From contig JAHJQM010000023.1 in the NCBI GenBank assembly GCA_018819285.1, forward strand, positions 1-63,457: 63,457 nt of DNA, given 5' to 3'. Within the stretch, counting starts at the first letter, position 1, and each line of letters opens with the position of its first letter. Below the pieces are notes generated by a model, which searched no databases, was not told the DNA's origin, and saw only the letters and a list, made by a program, of their open reading frames with translations. A program made the position numbers and the translations under genes. This document shows, piece after piece, positions 61,158-63,457 of the stretch. This DNA is from Candidatus Omnitrophota bacterium. GTDB lineage: Bacteria > Omnitrophota > Gorgyraeia > Gorgyraeales > Gorgyraeaceae.

Positions 61158-61175
61158 ATTTAAGATAATAAGATA

Positions 61176-61556
61176 ATGATAATAGGAACAGGCATTGATA
61201 TAATAGAGGTATCGCGGGTAAAAAAAGCTCTGGATATGTGGGGCGATAAATTCCTGAGCAGGGTTTTTACCAAGAGGGAACTTTCTTATGCGAACAAAAA
61301 AAAATTTCCGCATGAAAATTTGGCTGCGAGGTTTGCCTGCAAAGAAGCAGTCTTAAAGGCATTCGGAGATACAAGGGTGGGCATAAACTTAAAAAATATA
61401 GAAGTCCTGAATGATTCAAAAGGCAAGCCGGAAGTAATATTGCACGAAGAAGCCATGAAATTTGCAAACAAGAATAAGTTAAACAAGATAATAGTCAGCA
61501 TGTCTCATACAAATAATTACGCAATCAGCAATGCAATACTCTGGAGAAACGAGTAG
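61176..61556 (+). CDS. acpS: Holo-[ACP] synthase
   Basis: GTGIDIIE, ARFACKEAVLKA, GKP, SMSH. Confidence 0.96.
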   Translation: MIIGTGIDIIEVSRVKKALDMWGDKFLSRVFTKRELSYANKKKFPHENLAARFACKEAVLKAFGDTRVGINLKNIEVLNDSKGKPEVILHEEAMKFANKNKLNKIIVSMSHTNNYAISNAILWRNE

Positions 61557-61581
61557 GGGGCAGTCGTGACTGTCCTCTACT
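61552..61581. repeat. GTAG...CTAC REP-like hairpin
   Basis: agtagggggcagtc-gt-gactgtcctctact overlapping the acpS stop. Confidence 0.5.
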
Positions 61582-61591
61582 ACATAATATT

Positions 61592-62542
<951 letters not shown>

Positions 62543-62698
62543 TGTAAGCTTAAAAATAGTAGGTAGCAGGGGATTTGAATAGAGCTTTGCGCCGAGCGAA
62601 GCGAGGAAAAGTCCGCCAAGAATATTGGCGGACGACAGCAAAGCGAATGGCCGACTTTGCCCGAAGGGCAAAGCGCCAAATCTTTCTCTGTCTATCAT

Positions 62699-62769
62699 GC
62701 GGGTGTAGCTCAATGGTAGAGCGCTAGCCTTCCAAGCTAGTTACGACGGTTCGATCCCGTTCACCCGCT
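62699..62769 (+). tRNA. tRNA-Gly(TCC)
   Basis: GCGGGTG/CACCCGC acceptor, CT TCC AA loop; no encoded CCA. Confidence 0.95.
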
Positions 62770-62792
62770 CCGAATTTTGCTTCACAAATTTC

Positions 62793-62867
62793 GCTGGCGT
62801 AGCTCAACGGCAGAGCAATGGTTTTGTAAACCATAGGTTGGAGGTTCGATTCCTCTCGCCAGCTCCA
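62793..62867 (+). tRNA. tRNA-Thr(TGT)
   Basis: GCTGGCG/CGCCAGC acceptor, TT TGT AA loop, CCA end. Confidence 0.95.
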
Positions 62868-63022
62868 GATTATTGAAGAGGAATCGAAGTGAGTCCCGAT
62901 AAATGCGACGCATAGGAGCATTTGTTTATCGGGACGAGTGGCCGACTTTGCCCGAAGGGCAAAGCGCCGATTCCTCTCGCCAGCTCCAGATTATTGAAGA
63001 GGAATCGAAGTGAGTCCCGATA
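62847..63022 (+). repeat. 55-bp perfect direct repeat duplicating the tRNA-Thr 3' end (121-bp period)
   Basis: 62847-62901 is identical to 62968-63022. Confidence 0.88.
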
Positions 63023-63141
63023 GTTCCACAATTTTTGTATTATTTGAATAGTTAGGTAACATATATTGCAATAGCCAGGGCTGGCAAGAACAATCGGCGT
63101 TACCTATTATTGAAAATAGTATAAAATATATTATTTTTTTC

Positions 63142-63169
63142 TTGACAATAGCCTAGAATATGGTAAAAT
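63142..63169 (+). promoter_or_regulatory. Promoter for tRNA-Thr(GGT)-tuf
   Basis: TTGACA-16 nt-TAAAAT with extended TG. Confidence 0.6.
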
Positions 63170-63211
63170 TCCTAATTCTATATACCATATACCATGATAG
63201 CGGCATTTAAT

Positions 63212-63284
<73 letters not shown>

Positions 63285-63316
63285 CCGTCGATTAACGTTT
63301 AATCAGGAGGATTAAC

Positions 63317-63457
63317 ATGGCAAAAGAAAAATTTGAACGTAAAAAACCACACGTAAATATCGGCACCATAGGACATGTTGATCACGGCAAGACCACGCTT
63401 ACCAGCGCTATCACAAAGGTTCTTTCTAGCCGCGGCTTAGCCCAGGCAAGGAACTAC
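63317..63457 (+). CDS. tuf: Elongation factor Tu (5' partial)
   Basis: [29 protein letters not shown] after AGGAGG. Confidence 0.98.
   Translation, partial: MAKEKFERKKPHVNIGTIGHVDHGKTTLTSAITKVLSSRGLAQARNY

Noticed and set aside
62890-62938. Hammerhead ribozyme (tgagtcc...ggacga resembles stem II; also near 60030)
   Set aside because: Lacks the CUGANGA and GAAA core nucleotides
62847-63022. Prophage or island attL/attR
   Set aside because: Only 66 nt lie between the repeats and there is no integrase or cargo; reported instead as a small element

Overview
AT-rich bacterial chromosomal window. Gene content and style suggest an uncultured lineage such as Candidatus Omnitrophota; this is inference only. 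Bases 1-15.6 kb are an accessory cell-envelope/glycosylation region: a SPASM/Twitch rSAM tail, a B12-dependent rSAM, an ArnT-like GT, GT2s, a GT4 and two O-antigen-ligase-like genes. Embedded in it is the main discovery, a candidate new RiPP cluster. Its 50-aa precursor (9868-10020, MGKNNKKQYQKPEYKKFFKEPQLKKEGKLIDQIGKSCSSCSTCSSCACGS) is missing from the ORF track and has a doubled lasso-type leader motif and a CxxCxxCxxCxC core ending in Ser. It is accompanied by two PqqD/RRE proteins, a radical SAM/SPASM enzyme, an HPrK-like kinase, a GT4, a lasso-B2-type protease and a divergent nucleotidyltransferase, but no lasso cyclase. Bases 15.6-63.5 kb are housekeeping genes: rpsO, pnp, uppP, ftsK, rimO, pgsA, pgpA, inverted cinA-thpR, recA, htrA, alaS, his, trp, lysC, cimA, valS, nadC, uvrB, birA, coaX, mnmA, larE, tilS, ftsH, folP, cdaA, pdxJ, acpS, nnrD, five tRNAs and the start of tuf. 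This part is densely populated by palindromic or structured repeats: a 35-bp post-stop palindrome (7 copies), a conserved-flank/variable-stem element (5 full copies and 1 partial), two covarying ~305-315-nt rods flanking nadC, elements that duplicate tRNA 3' ends, and in-frame palindromic or heptamer insertions in proteins. All calls come from reading the sequence by eye; no database searches were run.
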